From Dictyostelium discoideum (Eukaryota): a stretch of DNA of 64,000 bases. The stretch is from positions 2,880,001 to 2,944,000 of the forward strand of contig CM000155.2 of assembly GCA_000004695.1 (NCBI GenBank), written 5' to 3'. Below, piece after piece: positions 38,126-61,994 of this stretch; the stretch's first letter is position 1; the number at the start of each line of letters is the position of its first letter. The notes beneath the pieces are model-generated. The model saw only the letters and a program-made list of their open reading frames with translations, had not been told where the DNA came from and searched no databases. A program made the position numbers and the translations under genes.

Positions 38126-38384
38126 ATAAATTATCAAAAAAAAAAAAAACCAATCAATTCTATTGAATCCATAACCCATCTCTAATTTTGCAACTGATTC
38201 AGGTTTGTGAAGTTGGGTAATTTGTTGCTGTGGTTGTTGCTGTAGTAATTGTTGTTGTTGTCGATATAATTCATAGTAAAGGTGCAGTAGGTAAATTATC
38301 TTAATAATTAGAGTAGTCTTTATAATAATTAGTTTATAAAAAAAAAAAAAATTAAAAAAAAAATAATAATAATAATAAAAATAA

Positions 38385-38490
38385 AAATATATTCAAATAA
38401 AATAAACTATATCTTTTTTTTTTTTTATTTCTTTTAAAGTATTTTTTTAAATTTAATTGACTAAGAATTATAATTCAATTTTTATTTATA
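38385..38490 (+). repeat. Third, partial copy of the ~165-bp ABCG 3'-flank repeat
   Basis: The copy reads atattcaaataaaataaactatatcttttttttttttatttcttttaaagtatttttttaaatttaattgactaagaattataattcaatttttatt. Confidence 0.7.
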
Positions 38491-39080
38491 TTATTATTAT
38501 TATTATTATTTTTTCAAAATTTAAAAATAAATTTGGTTTGAATAAAATAGTAAATATTTTGCGAAGGTTGCTTTTTTTTTTTTTTTTTTTTATTTATTTT
38601 TTGCTATTAAAAATATATTGCCGTGGTTAGAAAAAAAAAAAAAAAAAAAATCGTTTCGGTATTTAAAGTATTTAAAGGCGAGGGGTTGCCTGATCTTAAT
38701 TTTATCCTTTTGGTCAAAAAAAAAAAAAAAAAAAAAAAAAAATAAAATTCGTTGGGAAAAATAAAAAAAAAAAAGTAGATTCCCACCCCGACACATCAAA
38801 TCTTTGCATCATTTAAAAAAAAATTTTTTTTTAAAACGCTTCCAAACCCAACACAAAAAAAAAATATCTAAATTTAATTTATTTTTATTTTATTTATTTT
38901 TTTTTTTTTTTTTCGTTTTTACCTCAAAATAAGTTTTTTTTTTTTTTTGTTTTAAATTTACCAGCCTTCATTTCACTTTTAAATAAATTTATTCTTTTTT
39001 TTTTAATAAATTTTTTTTTTAAAATATAATTTTTTTTTTTAATACTATATATATATATATACAAATAGAAAAAAAAAAAA

Positions 39081-39945
39081 ATGAAATTAATTTTAATATT
39101 TATTTTATCAATAATTATAAATTGTTGTTTTTCAATAATTCCAACATCAATTAGATTAGCATTTACAAAGAATCAAGATGAAGTTAGAGTTACATGGTGG
39201 ACAGATGAAGCAATGGAATCACCAATCGTATTATTTAATAATGAAATGTTTGTACCAAATCAAGATTCAGTCAATGGAATTGAAGCAACCGTTATGAGTT
39301 ATGATACATTAGGATTTCATGGTCATCCAACTACTGCAATTTTAACAGGATTACAAGAAATGACTCAATACTTTTATTCAATTGGTAATAAACATAGTGA
39401 TGAATATTCAGAAGTTTTTAATTTTACAACAGGAAAAATCAATCAAATCGGTGGTCAAGTTACACCATTCTCTCTTTCAATTTTTGGTGATATGGGATAT
39501 GGTGGAAAAGGATTAGATTCAGATTTCTATACAGTTGCAAATTTATATGAACGTTCAAATGATTTAGCATTCAATATTCATGTTGGTGATATTGCATACG
39601 CTGATGAAACTTGGGAGACTGCAATCAATGGTAATCAAACTATTTGGAATCAATTTTTAGATTCAATTAATCCAGTATCCTCTCATTTAATCTATATGAC
39701 ATGTCCAGGTAATCACGATATTTTCTATGACCTTTCAGTTTATCGTCGTACTTGGTTAATGCCAACTGATGATAATGATCAAGTATCTTGGTATTCATTT
39801 GATTATAATGGTGTTCATTTCGTTGGTATCTCTTCTGAACATGACTTTTTACCACTCTCTCCACAACATACTTGGATTGAAAATGATTTAAAAAATTTTA
39901 GATCAAATAATCCTGATAATTTTATTATTATGTTTGCTCATAGAC
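39081..39945 (+). CDS. Purple acid phosphatase-like metallophosphoesterase, exon 1
   Basis: The signal peptide is MKLILIFILSIIINCCFS. Metallophosphatase motifs GDMGYG, GDIAYAD and GNHD are present. The donor is c|GTAAGT (39946). Confidence 0.8.
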
Positions 39946-40002
39946 GTAAGTAAAATTTATTAATTATTTTTATTATTTATTTTAATATTATTTTTAATTT
40001 AC

Positions 40003-40033
<31 letters not shown>

Positions 40034-40042
40034 TTTTTTTAG

Positions 40043-40453
40043 CATTTTATTGTTCAACAGTTTGGAATTGGTGTAATACTACTGAAGATTATTTAAAGAA
40101 AGCATTTGTTTATTCACTTGAAAATTTACTTTATAAATATAATGTTGATATGTTTATTTCTGGTCATACACATTCAAGTGAAAGAACTTTACCAACTTAT
40201 AATGGTCAACCAATTGGTACCTATTCAAATCCAAAAGCTACGATTCATATCACTGTTGGTACTGGTGGTAACTCTGAAGGTAATCAACATCATTGGTATC
40301 CACAACCAATTTGGTCAAGTGGTTATAGAATTTCTGATAATGGTTTTGGTTTAATGAATTTTATAAATTCTACAACTTTATCTTGGCAATTTGTTGCAAA
40401 TATTAATAATACAATTATTGATGAAATTTTCATTACCAAAGGTCAATTTTAAA
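40043..40453 (+). CDS. Purple acid phosphatase-like metallophosphoesterase, exon 2
   Basis: The acceptor is tttttttag (40041-40042). The exon reads PFYCSTVWNWC...MFISGHTHSSER (the GHxH motif) ...ITKGQF, followed by TAA. Confidence 0.8.
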
Positions 40454-40776
40454 AAAATAAATAAATAAATATAAAAATAAATAAATTTTCATAATTAAAA
40501 AAAAAAATAATAATAATAAATAAATAAATAAATAAACAAACAAACAAATAAAATAATAGAATAAATAAATAAATTATTATATATATATATATATTTTTTT
40601 GTAATTATTTAAATATAAAAAAAAAAAAAAAAAAAAAAATCTATTTTTAAAAATGATAAATCATTTTCACTCAAAATATTTTTTATTTTTATTTTTTTTT
40701 TTTCGTTTTTTGGAAAAATCATTTTTTTTTATTTTTATTTTATTTTTATTTTTTTTTTTTTTTTATTTTTTTTTTA

Positions 40777-40807
<31 letters not shown>

Positions 40808-40899
40808 AAAAATTCAAAAAAAAAAAACGAACGACACTATTTTTGAGAGTATTGTTTTCTGGTATTAATATATAAATATTAATTAAAATTAGAGTAATA

Positions 40900-41274
40900 A
40901 TGCCAGTTTCAAAAAAACAAAAGGTAGATACAACAGTTACTGTAACAACTAAAAAACAAGTTGAAAGTACTGAAAAACCACATAAACAATCAAAAGAATC
41001 TAAAGAATTAAAAGCTACAACAACCCCAACTACAACCACACCAACAACAACAACTACTAAAAAACAAACAACAACCAAAGAATCAGTATCAAAACAACCA
41101 ATTATTAAATCACCAAATAGTTCAAAGGTTCATCATTGTTCATTCTCAAGTTGGTTACCAAAACCAATTACATCTATTAGTTATAATCAAGAAAATAATT
41201 TAATTGCAGTATCACGTCAAGAATCACCACTTGAAATTTGGATTAAAAATGATCAAGAATTAATTTTACTTAAA
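40900..41274 (+). CDS. UTP4/cirhin-like WD40-repeat protein, exon 1
   Basis: The exon reads MPVSKKQKVDTT..., then a Thr/Pro linker, then HHCSFSSWLPKPITSISYNQENNLIAVSRQESPLEIWIKNDQELILLK. This resembles the UTP4 N-terminus (RVRFF.YVP.GI.C.A.N....LAVSR.DG.IEIWN). The donor GTAATT is at 41275. Confidence 0.55.
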
Positions 41275-41370
41275 GTAATTATTATATTTAAAAAATAAAA
41301 AAAAAAAAAAAAAAAAAAAAAACAATAATAATAATAAACAAGTATTAATTTAAATTATTATTAAATTTAG

Positions 41371-41798
41371 ACATTAGGAGGATCAAAATTTGATTTACCA
41401 ATTATTTCAGTAATATGGTTAAATAAAACAATATTATTATCAACATTTGAAAATAAATTTGTAATTTGGGATATTTCAAGTTATTCAATTATACAAGAAT
41501 TAAATTCAATTGGTACTGTAAGAGGTGTATCATTTAATAGATTATTAAATTTATTAGCAGTTTGTACACATGATTCAAATGTACGTTTATATAATTTCAA
41601 AAAAGATGATAATGAAATTGAATATCAATCTTCATTCCCATCAGTTTCAGATTCAAAAATTAATACTATTCAATGGGCATTAGATCAAAAAACTATCTTG
41701 GTTGGTTGTCAAAATCAATTGGTTGTTTTTAAAGTTGATTCTTTACGTTCATCTTTAACTATTACAACTGATAATATAGTTTCATTAAATTCATTAAA
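41371..41798 (+). CDS. UTP4/cirhin-like WD40-repeat protein, exon 2
   Basis: The acceptor is aaatttag (41369-41370). The exon contains WD-like blades, reading ...LAVCTHDSNVRLYNF...QWALDQKTILVGCQNQLVVFKV... The donor is aa|GTAAAT (41799). Confidence 0.55.
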
Positions 41799-41805
41799 GT
41801 AAATA

Positions 41806-41865
<60 letters not shown>

Positions 41866-41920
41866 CAAAAAAATTAATTAAAATTTATTAATATATTTTT
41901 TTATTTTTATTTTTCTAAAG

Positions 41921-42500
41921 TGATAATACAGTTGCTTGTGGTTTTACAAATGGTTTTATTTCAATTATTGATATTAAATTTGGTAGTATTATTCAAGATT
42001 TTAGAAATCTTCATGCTCCAGTTAGATCAATTCAAGTTAATAAAAAAGGTGATCAATTCTTTGCATCTGGTGATGAAGCAACCATTGTATCATATAATAA
42101 ATCAAGTGGAAATAATAAATGGGCATTCAGTGGTCAACATAAAAGAGATAGTCATGATATTAAATGTTTAGAAATTACAAATACTCATTTAATCTCTGGT
42201 GGTAATAGTACTCAAATGATCTTTTATGATTTATCTAATTTCTCAAGTTTATCAAATTCAAATGGTTCAATTCCAAATTATTTTAGATGTAAATCATTAC
42301 CATTACCAAATACAATTGCAATTACACAACCATCATCATCATCACAAAATCAAATTCTTTTAATTGAATTTTCAAGATATCAAATTAATATTTGGCAATT
42401 AGGTTCAACTAATGATAATAATGATAATTTAGATTTACCAAATGGTACCCATTTAAATTTATCAAAAAAAACTAAAAAATTATTACAATTTGAATCAAAG
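41921..42500 (+). CDS. UTP4/cirhin-like WD40-repeat protein, exon 3
   Basis: The acceptor is ttttctaaag (41919-41920). The exon reads (N)DNTVACGFTNGFISIIDIKFGSIIQDF...FASGDEATIVSYN...LISGGNSTQMIFYDL...QFESK. The donor GTAAAT is at 42501. Confidence 0.55.
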
Positions 42501-42523
42501 GTAAATAATTTAAATTCTATATA

Positions 42524-42582
<59 letters not shown>

Positions 42583-42717
42583 GATTTAAAATATAATTAT
42601 CTAAAAAAAAAGAAGGAAAAAATCATTTCGATATTTTATTTGTTTTTTTACCTTTTTATAAAAAAAAAAAAATTGGAAAAAAAAAGAAAAAAAAAAAAAG
42701 AAAAAAAAAAGAAAAAA

Positions 42718-43559
42718 TTAATTGACACAATCATTTAAATCTTGATTATTTCGGTTTGCGCTATTGTATGCTTGATAAAAACGTTCTTGGTCTTCATCAG
42801 AGTCTTCGTCGTTGTCATGGTTATAAACATGATTTTTGTTTTTACTATTTTTGATAACATTATCAACATTATAATTTACATTTGTATTTGTATTTGATAT
42901 TGTTGTTGTTGTTGTTGTATTGGTGGCGGAGGCAGTGGTGGTGGTTGTTGTGTGGTTACTACCATTAATAAAATAATTCGTTTGAGCTGGTGAAACTCTT
43001 GCGTTTGGAGGTCTTTTTCTTGGAGGTTGAGTTGGTTGTTGTTGTTGCTGGTGCTGTTGTTGCTGTTGTAGTTGTTGTTGTTGTTGTTGTAGTTGTTGTT
43101 GCATGATTTGATACTTATAGCTATATAATGATTTATATTTTTTGGTTTGTTTATACCAAAAGAAATATTCAATAACATCTTGACATGATTTACCTTTAAT
43201 TAAAGTTGAAATCTTTTTGAAATCTTTTTTATAAATTTTAAAACCTTCATCAAATAAATCTTTTTGAAGTTGTGACCAAGTTTGATTGATATGATCTTCT
43301 AAACATGGTTGGATGGTATCGAGTGAAGAGAAATCAATAGATTCCAAAGCATCTGCAACAGAGTAATCGTATTCATCTAAAATCGCCAAAATTGAAGAGT
43401 CTGGTATTTTGGAAACATTTTTATTTGTTTGGACACCCATCGATCTCAATGAATCATCAATACTTTTCAATTTCTTTCTTGCCGCACTAATAAAATGATC
43501 AACTTCTTCACTTTTTAATTTATATGGTGTATAAATTAATGTAGGTGGTAAATGATCCT
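42718..43559 (-). CDS. ELM2-SANT domain protein (MIER/CoREST-like), last exon, encoding the SANT domain and a poly-Gln-rich C-terminus
   Basis: The acceptor on the minus strand is ctaaaattttag (43561-43560). The exon reads (E)DHLPPTLIYTPYKLKSEEVDHFISAARKK...WSQLQKDLFDEGFKIYKKDFKKISTLIKGKSCQDVIEYFFWYKQTKKYK (the SANT/Myb-like domain), then Q-rich tracts and ...NQDLNDCVN, followed by TAA. Confidence 0.55.
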
Positions 43560-43652
43560 CTAAAATTTTAGAAAAAAAAAAAAAAAAAAAAAAAATAATT
43601 AAATTAATAATATATTTATAAAATATAAAATAAAATAAAATAAAATACTTAC

Positions 43653-46361
<2,709 letters not shown>

Positions 46362-46596
46362 CTATTAATTTCAAAATAATAAAAAACAATAAATAAAAAA
46401 AATTAAAAATTAAAAAATAATAATAATAATAAAAAATAAAAAAAAAATAAAAAAAAGAATTAGTCAATTGTTTAGAATTATTTTTTTATTTTAAATATTT
46501 TTTATTTTTTTATTTTATTTTTTTTTTATTTTTTATTTTTAATTAAACATTATTTTTTTTTTTTTTTAAAAAAATAATAAAAAAAAAAAAAAAAAA

Positions 46597-46650
<54 letters not shown>

Positions 46651-46668
46651 TAATTATAATAATAATAA

Positions 46669-46768
46669 NNNNNNNNNNNNNNNNNNNNNNNNNNNNNNNN
46701 NNNNNNNNNNNNNNNNNNNNNNNNNNNNNNNNNNNNNNNNNNNNNNNNNNNNNNNNNNNNNNNNNNNN
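46669..46768. other. Assembly gap of 100 N. It is flanked by (AAT)n on the left and by a (AT)n microsatellite of about 160 bp on the right (~46790-46950).
   Basis: A run of 100 n characters. Perfect (AT)n follows at 46790-46950. Confidence 0.99.
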
Positions 46769-46777
46769 AAATATACA

Positions 46778-46956
<179 letters not shown>

Positions 46957-46995
46957 TTATTTTTACTAATTTTATTTATTATTTTATTTTTTTAG

Positions 46996-47823
46996 AATTC
47001 AGAAAATATTGATAATGTTGATATTTCAAATAATGGTGAATATTTTTGTTTTTCAACTAGATTAGAAACAAAATTATATTCAATTCAAAAGAAACAAGAA
47101 AATAGTGATAATATTATAATTAAAAAGGTTGAATTACCAGAAGAAGTACAATCATCAAATATTGCTAAATTCAGTAAAGATTCAAAATCATTACTTTTAG
47201 CTAAAAATAGTGATGAAATTTATCAACTCAATTTAGAATCAAATCAAGTTACTATAGTTTATAAAAAAGATCAAAATGAAGATCAAGATAAAAATAAAAT
47301 TAAAAATATTGTATTAATGAAAGTTGATAATAATAATTTAGCAGTTATCGATTCAATGAATCAAGTTTTAATATATAAAATTAATAACAAAAACAATGAA
47401 TTACCAATTAAATTACCAAATTTAAATTCAATTCCAATTGAATTATTCTTTTCAACTTCATCATCATCATCATTATATATTGGTACAATTGATTCAATTT
47501 TATTATTTGATACAAAATCTTTAAAAATCAAATCATCAAAAAAATTACAAGGTAATAATAAATCTGTTAAATTCATTACTGAAAATCCAAATAACTCTAA
47601 TGAATTACTCATTTGGACTCAAAATGAACAATTTAAAGTAAATAAAGATTTATCAAATGAACAACAATTAACAAAAGCTGGTTCTTCATTCACTGAAGTT
47701 ATTTTTGCCTCTCAATCTGGTAATCAAGGTGATCTCGTTTTATTAGATTTATCTTTTATTGATAAAGTATTACCAAAACTTCCAGAAGCTATTAAATTAA
47801 AGAAATTTGGTGGTAGTAATTAA
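46996..47823 (+). CDS. UTP4/cirhin-like WD40-repeat protein, exon 4 (C-terminal)
   Basis: The acceptor is ttatttttttag (46994-46995), in phase with the exon-3 donor at 42501. The exon reads [33 protein letters not shown]...[29 protein letters not shown], followed by TAA. The total length of about 736 aa is consistent with UTP4. Confidence 0.5.
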   Translation, partial: NSENIDNVDISNNGEYFCFSTRLETKLYSIQKKQENSDNIIIKKVELPEEVQSSNIAKFSKDSKSLLLAKNSDEIYQLNLESNQVTIVYKKDQNEDQDKNKIKNIVLMKVDNNNLAVIDSMNQVLIYKINNKNNELPIKLPNLNSIPIELFFSTSSSSSLYIGTIDSILLFDTKSLKIKSSKKLQGNNKSVKFITENPNNSNELLIWTQNEQFKVNKDLSNEQQLTKAGSSFTEVIFASQSGNQGDLVLLDLSFIDKVLPKLPEAIKLKKFGGSN

Positions 47824-48132
47824 TTAATTTAAAAAAAAAAAAATGATAAAAAAAAAAAATAAAAATAAAAAAAAAAATGATTAAAAATAAAAAATTAAAA
47901 TAAATAATAACCTAAAATTCTTTTTTTTTCTTGGTTTTAAAAAAAACAATATTTTTTTTATTTAATTCTTTTTCTCCTATAAGAATAAAAAAAGAAAAAA
48001 AAAGAATAAAATATAAAAATTTATCGTGGTTTGTTTGAATCGTAAAAGGGTTTTTTAAATTTTGTTAATCGTTATTATATTATTATCTCTTGGGGAGGGG
48101 GAAAAAAAAAAAGATTATAGGATCATATATAA

Positions 48133-52557
<4,425 letters not shown>

Positions 52558-53373
52558 CGTAGTATATTATTTTTATTTTTATTATTATTATTATTATTAT
52601 TATTTAAAAACTGCGTTTATAAAAGGTGTTGTGTTGTATTGTTGTTGGTTGTGGGTTTTTTTTTTTTTTTTTTTTTTTTTTTGTGATTTTTTTCTTCCTT
52701 GATTTTTGGGATTTTTTTTTTTTTTTTTTTTTTTATTATTATTAAAAAAAATTTATTTTACAAATTGATCGTTTTATTGTTGAGTCGTGATTATTATTGG
52801 GGGTTTATTTTATTATTATTACTATTTACAATATTATTAAATATATCTATCTATCAAAAACCGAATCAAAAAAAAAAAAAAAAATTGGAAAATAAGGAAT
52901 TAGTAATTTTTCTTCTTTTAAAAAAAAAATTAAAAATAAAAAAAAATAAAAAAAAAAATATCCCTCTTTTAGGGAATAATAAATTGAGTTAAAATAAAAA
53001 TTAACGAAATAAAAATAAATAATAGTAAATTTTTAAAAATGTAATTGTTTTTTTTAAAAAAAAAAAAAAAAAATTATAATAAATTATAAAAAGTTTGAAA
53101 ATAAATATTAAAATAAATTACTTTTTATAAAAAAAAAATAAAATAATGACTAAGAATAAAAATAAAATAAAATAAAATAAAAAAATTGTAATAAAAAAAA
53201 CAATGATAAATACAAGTAAAGTATACCTATAAATGTTACTACAACACAAAAATACTGTTTTAAAAAAAAAAAAAAAAAACTACATTAATGCTATTATTTT
53301 TAATATTATTATTTTTTTTATTCATTTATTTTTTTTTATTATTTATTTTTTTATTTAATAAAAAAGTAAAAAA

Positions 53374-53473
53374 NNNNNNNNNNNNNNNNNNNNNNNNNNN
53401 NNNNNNNNNNNNNNNNNNNNNNNNNNNNNNNNNNNNNNNNNNNNNNNNNNNNNNNNNNNNNNNNNNNNNNNNN
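53374..53473. other. Assembly gap of 100 N, truncating the retroelement's ORF2
   Basis: A run of 100 n characters. Confidence 0.99.
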
Positions 53474-53474
53474 T

Positions 53475-54812
53475 CTAAACTGAAGATTTGTGGATACTTG
53501 AAGTTTTGATTGCTTTGGTCACTTCATGTATTCTTATCGGTCTGTCTATCTCGAGTTTCTTGATTAAATCAACGTCTACTTCCCATTTTTCTAATAACTT
53601 CTGGTGGGTTTCTTCGTTATCTTCTTTCTCTTCATATTGATCTTGATAGAATTCAACAAATCTTTTTGCTATGTTCTCTTTATCTGATATGGTCTTATTA
53701 TCTTTATCTTTTATTTGGAATATTGATTTATCTTTGGCTCTGGATTTAAGGATACTTGTGAGGTATTTGCTTGGTGTTTCTTGATGCAGGTGGAGTTTTA
53801 ATTTGATATCCCATGCTTTTACCTTTCTTTCTTCTTCTAATATTCTACTTATTTCTTCATTGAATTCTTTTCTCATCTTTGGAATGATATCACTATTTTC
53901 AAGTAATTTGTGGATTACGTATTTTCTTTTGTTCTTTTCTTTCTTTATTTTGTTTTGTTCTTTTTTTAAATAATCTCTGATGACATTATTTTTAAATTTC
54001 GTCCATTCCTCCACTGATTTGATCTTATCTTTGTTCTTACTGATTAATTCTGATAACCCATCATGTATATGTTTGTTGTTGAGAATTTCTTTACATAATG
54101 TCCAAGGGAGTCTTTCTAGTTTGGTTGTTGTTGTTGTTGTTGTTTCTCTGTTGGTTTGTATTGTGATTGTGATGGGAAAGTGATCTGATTTGTTAAATAC
54201 TGTGTTGTGGACTACCAGTTTTGAATTTTGGTTTAGTAGTGTTGGATGACAGTAGATTCTATCTAGTCTCTTCATTGATCTTGGAAATGTTGGAGTGTTT
54301 TCTTCAATACCAGTATCTAGTAGCATGTCTTGGTCTATTATTTTACGTAATTCAGTACCGAAGAATCTGTTGCAATCGTGGTTGTTATTGAAGTCGCCTG
54401 CTATTATTTGATGGTTGATTGAATTATATTTTTTAAACAGTGATTTTGAGTTGATTATGAAGGTGTTTCTTTCAGATATAGTCGCTGGAGCATAGATCAA
54501 TAATATGTTGATAGAATTAAAGGAATTGTATTTAATTGATAGTATTCTACCATCATCGTCTTTGAAGTTTATTGATATTTGGCCTTTTCTTGTATCTCTA
54601 TTTTCTATTGCTATGCCAGTTCCTTTACCTGAACCATGATCTATTCTTTCAAAGTTGAACATTGTTTTGTGGTGGTTGAATCCATTGAAATTAGTTTCAG
54701 TTAGGAGTGCTAATTGAGTGCCAATTCTTTTTATCGTTTCTTCTGTTTTATTCTTAGCGTTGGTTGATTGATTACCTCTGCAGTTCCATAGTAATAATTT
54801 TAATTGTTCCAT
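53475..54812 (-). CDS. Retroelement ORF2, N-terminal apurinic/apyrimidinic-endonuclease-like domain (truncated)
   Basis: The ORF reads MEQLKLLLWNCRGN...LALLTETN...IAGDFNNNHD...DRIYCHPTL...SDHFPITITI. This is the EEP-family nuclease pattern of LINE ORF2. The ORF runs into the gap. Confidence 0.65.
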   Translation of the reverse strand: MEQLKLLLWNCRGNQSTNAKNKTEETIKRIGTQLALLTETNFNGFNHHKTMFNFERIDHGSGKGTGIAIENRDTRKGQISINFKDDDGRILSIKYNSFNSINILLIYAPATISERNTFIINSKSLFKKYNSINHQIIAGDFNNNHDCNRFFGTELRKIIDQDMLLDTGIEENTPTFPRSMKRLDRIYCHPTLLNQNSKLVVHNTVFNKSDHFPITITIQTNRETTTTTTTKLERLPWTLCKEILNNKHIHDGLSELISKNKDKIKSVEEWTKFKNNVIRDYLKKEQNKIKKEKNKRKYVIHKLLENSDIIPKMRKEFNEEISRILEEERKVKAWDIKLKLHLHQETPSKYLTSILKSRAKDKSIFQIKDKDNKTISDKENIAKRFVEFYQDQYEEKEDNEETHQKLLEKWEVDVDLIKKLEIDRPIRIHEVTKAIKTSSIHKSSV

Positions 54813-55684
54813 TATTTTCTAATACTACTGGCAATTGGAAACTTGGTACCATTGCTTGTAGTAATTTTATTGATAGGTTTTGTAGTAGTAGTAGTAGTAG
54901 TAGTAGTAGTTTTGTTTAGGTTGTAGATTGTTGTATTGCTTGTTGGTAATTGATGTGTGGTTGTTGTTGGTGTGGTTGTTGTTTGTGTGGTTGTTATTGG
55001 TGTGGTTGTTATTGGTGTGGTTGTTGATACATTAGTTGTTGGTGGAGTTGATGGTATTGATTTAGTTGTGTTTGTAGTTGTTGGTTGTTGGTTTTTATTA
55101 CTTGTGTTTTTTTTTTTTCTAACATCTCTTATTTCTTTATTGTTATATTCAGAGATGAAGGCTCTTATTGGATGCTTACTACCTTTTATAGCATCAATGT
55201 TTGTTTTAATGATTGAGATATCATCTTCTTTATTAAATAATAGTATGCATGAATATCTAATCACATCTGGTAGCATTACTATGTTGCATTCATCTATTAG
55301 TAATGGCTCCAATCCCCAGTTTTCTTTTACCATTTGATTGTTTATTTTTTTTATTATGTTTTTTGTAAATGTGTAAAAGTGGACATAGTGATATCCTGGG
55401 GTGTAAAGTATGAATTTTTGCAGTGGGAAATCTTCATACTTGAAAGTGCTGTAACACTCGTGTAATAATGTGAATTTTTCTTTTAGTATTCTACCGAATA
55501 CTGTTATACCCTTTTGTCTTCTGACAATGTTGAGAGTACCATTAACTATGAAATTATCTATTAATTTTGTTGAATTACTATTTAATTCCAAGGTATTTGG
55601 GTAGAATAACCTTATTTGAATAGTTTTTTTATTTAACTCTTCTTCGCCTAAGTTGAGTTCACCTTTAAGTTTATCGAAAAAATT

Positions 55685-55687
<3 letters not shown>
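54812..55687 (-). CDS. Retroelement ORF1 (Gag-like), with a poly-Thr tail
   Basis: A 291-aa ORF (MNFFDKLKGELNLGEEELNKKTIQIRLFYPNTLELN...). It sits immediately 5' of and overlaps the ORF2 start. Confidence 0.55.
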
Positions 55688-55718
<31 letters not shown>

Positions 55719-55989
55719 TTATTTTTATTATTTTTTTTTTAATTATGTGTTTATATAAAAATATTTTTTATTTTTATTTTTATTTTTTTTTTTTTTTTTC
55801 TTTCTCGTTTATTCAGATCTATTCTTATTCCTAATCCAAGGATTGAAGGAATTAGTGTGTAGAGTAGATAGATTGAATGTAGTTGATGTTAGATTGATGA
55901 TGGATATGTTTTTCTGTATCTAGTATCCGTTTGATCAACTGTAGGCTTTTAGTTGTTACTCACTTAATTGTGGTAGATTTTATAATAAT

Positions 55990-56002
55990 GGGAATCGAAC
56001 AC
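55990..56002 (-). promoter_or_regulatory. Extra B box (ex-B box) about 32 bp downstream of the tRNA-Ile gene
   Basis: The minus-strand sequence GTGTTCGATTCCC matches the RNA Pol III B-box consensus GGTTCGAATCC. Its position about 30-40 bp 3' of a tRNA gene is characteristic of Dictyostelium. Confidence 0.5.
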
Positions 56003-56033
56003 TTGATCTTCATCAATGGAAAGAAAAATATCT

Positions 56034-56106
56034 TGCTCGATGCAGGGATCGAACCTGCGACCGTGGCGTTATTAGCACCACGCTCTGCCGACTGAGCTAA
56101 TCGAGC
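56034..56106 (-). tRNA. tRNA-Ile (anticodon AAU)
   Basis: The minus strand reads GCTCGATTAGCTCAGTCGGCAGAGCGTGGTGCTAATAACGCCACGGTCGCAGGTTCGATCCCTGCATCGAGCA. The acceptor stem is GCTCGAT/ATCGAGC. The D-arm is GCTCAGTCGGCAGAGC. The anticodon stem is TGGTG/CGCCA with loop CTAATAA, giving anticodon AAT. The T-arm is GCAGGTTCGATCCCTGC. The discriminator is A. There is no intron. Confidence 0.85.
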
Positions 56107-56456
56107 TTGCATGAAATCATATTAAAATTACGAAAAATTAACCCGATATTTTTACGAAATTCTAAGGAAATATTTTTTTATTAAAACCATCATTTTTTAA
56201 ATTAATTTTCCAATCAATTATAAAGATAAAAAAATAAAAAATCACCTTGTAAATATACATGGATTGCAAAACTATTTTTAAAAATTCCATACTTCTCTTT
56301 TTTCTAAGAATTTGTTTTTTTTGTTGAAAATGAAATACATTTTTTTTATTTTTTTTTATTTATTTTTAATTTTTTTTTTACAATTTTTAATTTTTAATTT
56401 TTTTTTTTTTTTTTATTGTATTCAAAATATATTGTGTATAAACACACATAACAATA

Positions 56457-61811
<5,355 letters not shown>

Positions 61812-61960
61812 ATTTTATAAATATTTTTTTTTTAATTGTTTTAAAATTTTATTATTTTTTATTTTAAAATTTATTTGTGGGTTCTTTTGAAATCAAATCA
61901 AATTAAAAGGTGGAAACTGAACTGATTGGATTTTATTAATGCTTTTTTACTAGAATTTTT

Positions 61961-61994
<34 letters not shown>

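Larger units (their letters stand above)
53474..55800 (-). mobile_element. 5' portion of a tRNA-gene-targeted non-LTR retrotransposon (TRE3-like). It lies about 230 bp downstream of tRNA-Ile in the same orientation and is truncated by the assembly gap.
   Basis: ORF1 (55687..54812) is followed by an overlapping ORF2 start in the TAATG configuration at 54812. The ORF2 N-terminus is an AP-endonuclease (EEP) domain. The position is downstream of a tRNA gene, close to the ex-B box. Confidence 0.65.

Noticed and set aside
55941-56033. Possible second tRNA-like fragment between the retroelement and tRNA-Ile
   Set aside because: Only a B-box-like 13-mer (GTGTTCGATTCCC) is present. No acceptor stem, D-arm or anticodon arm could be built. 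It is interpreted as the external B box instead.
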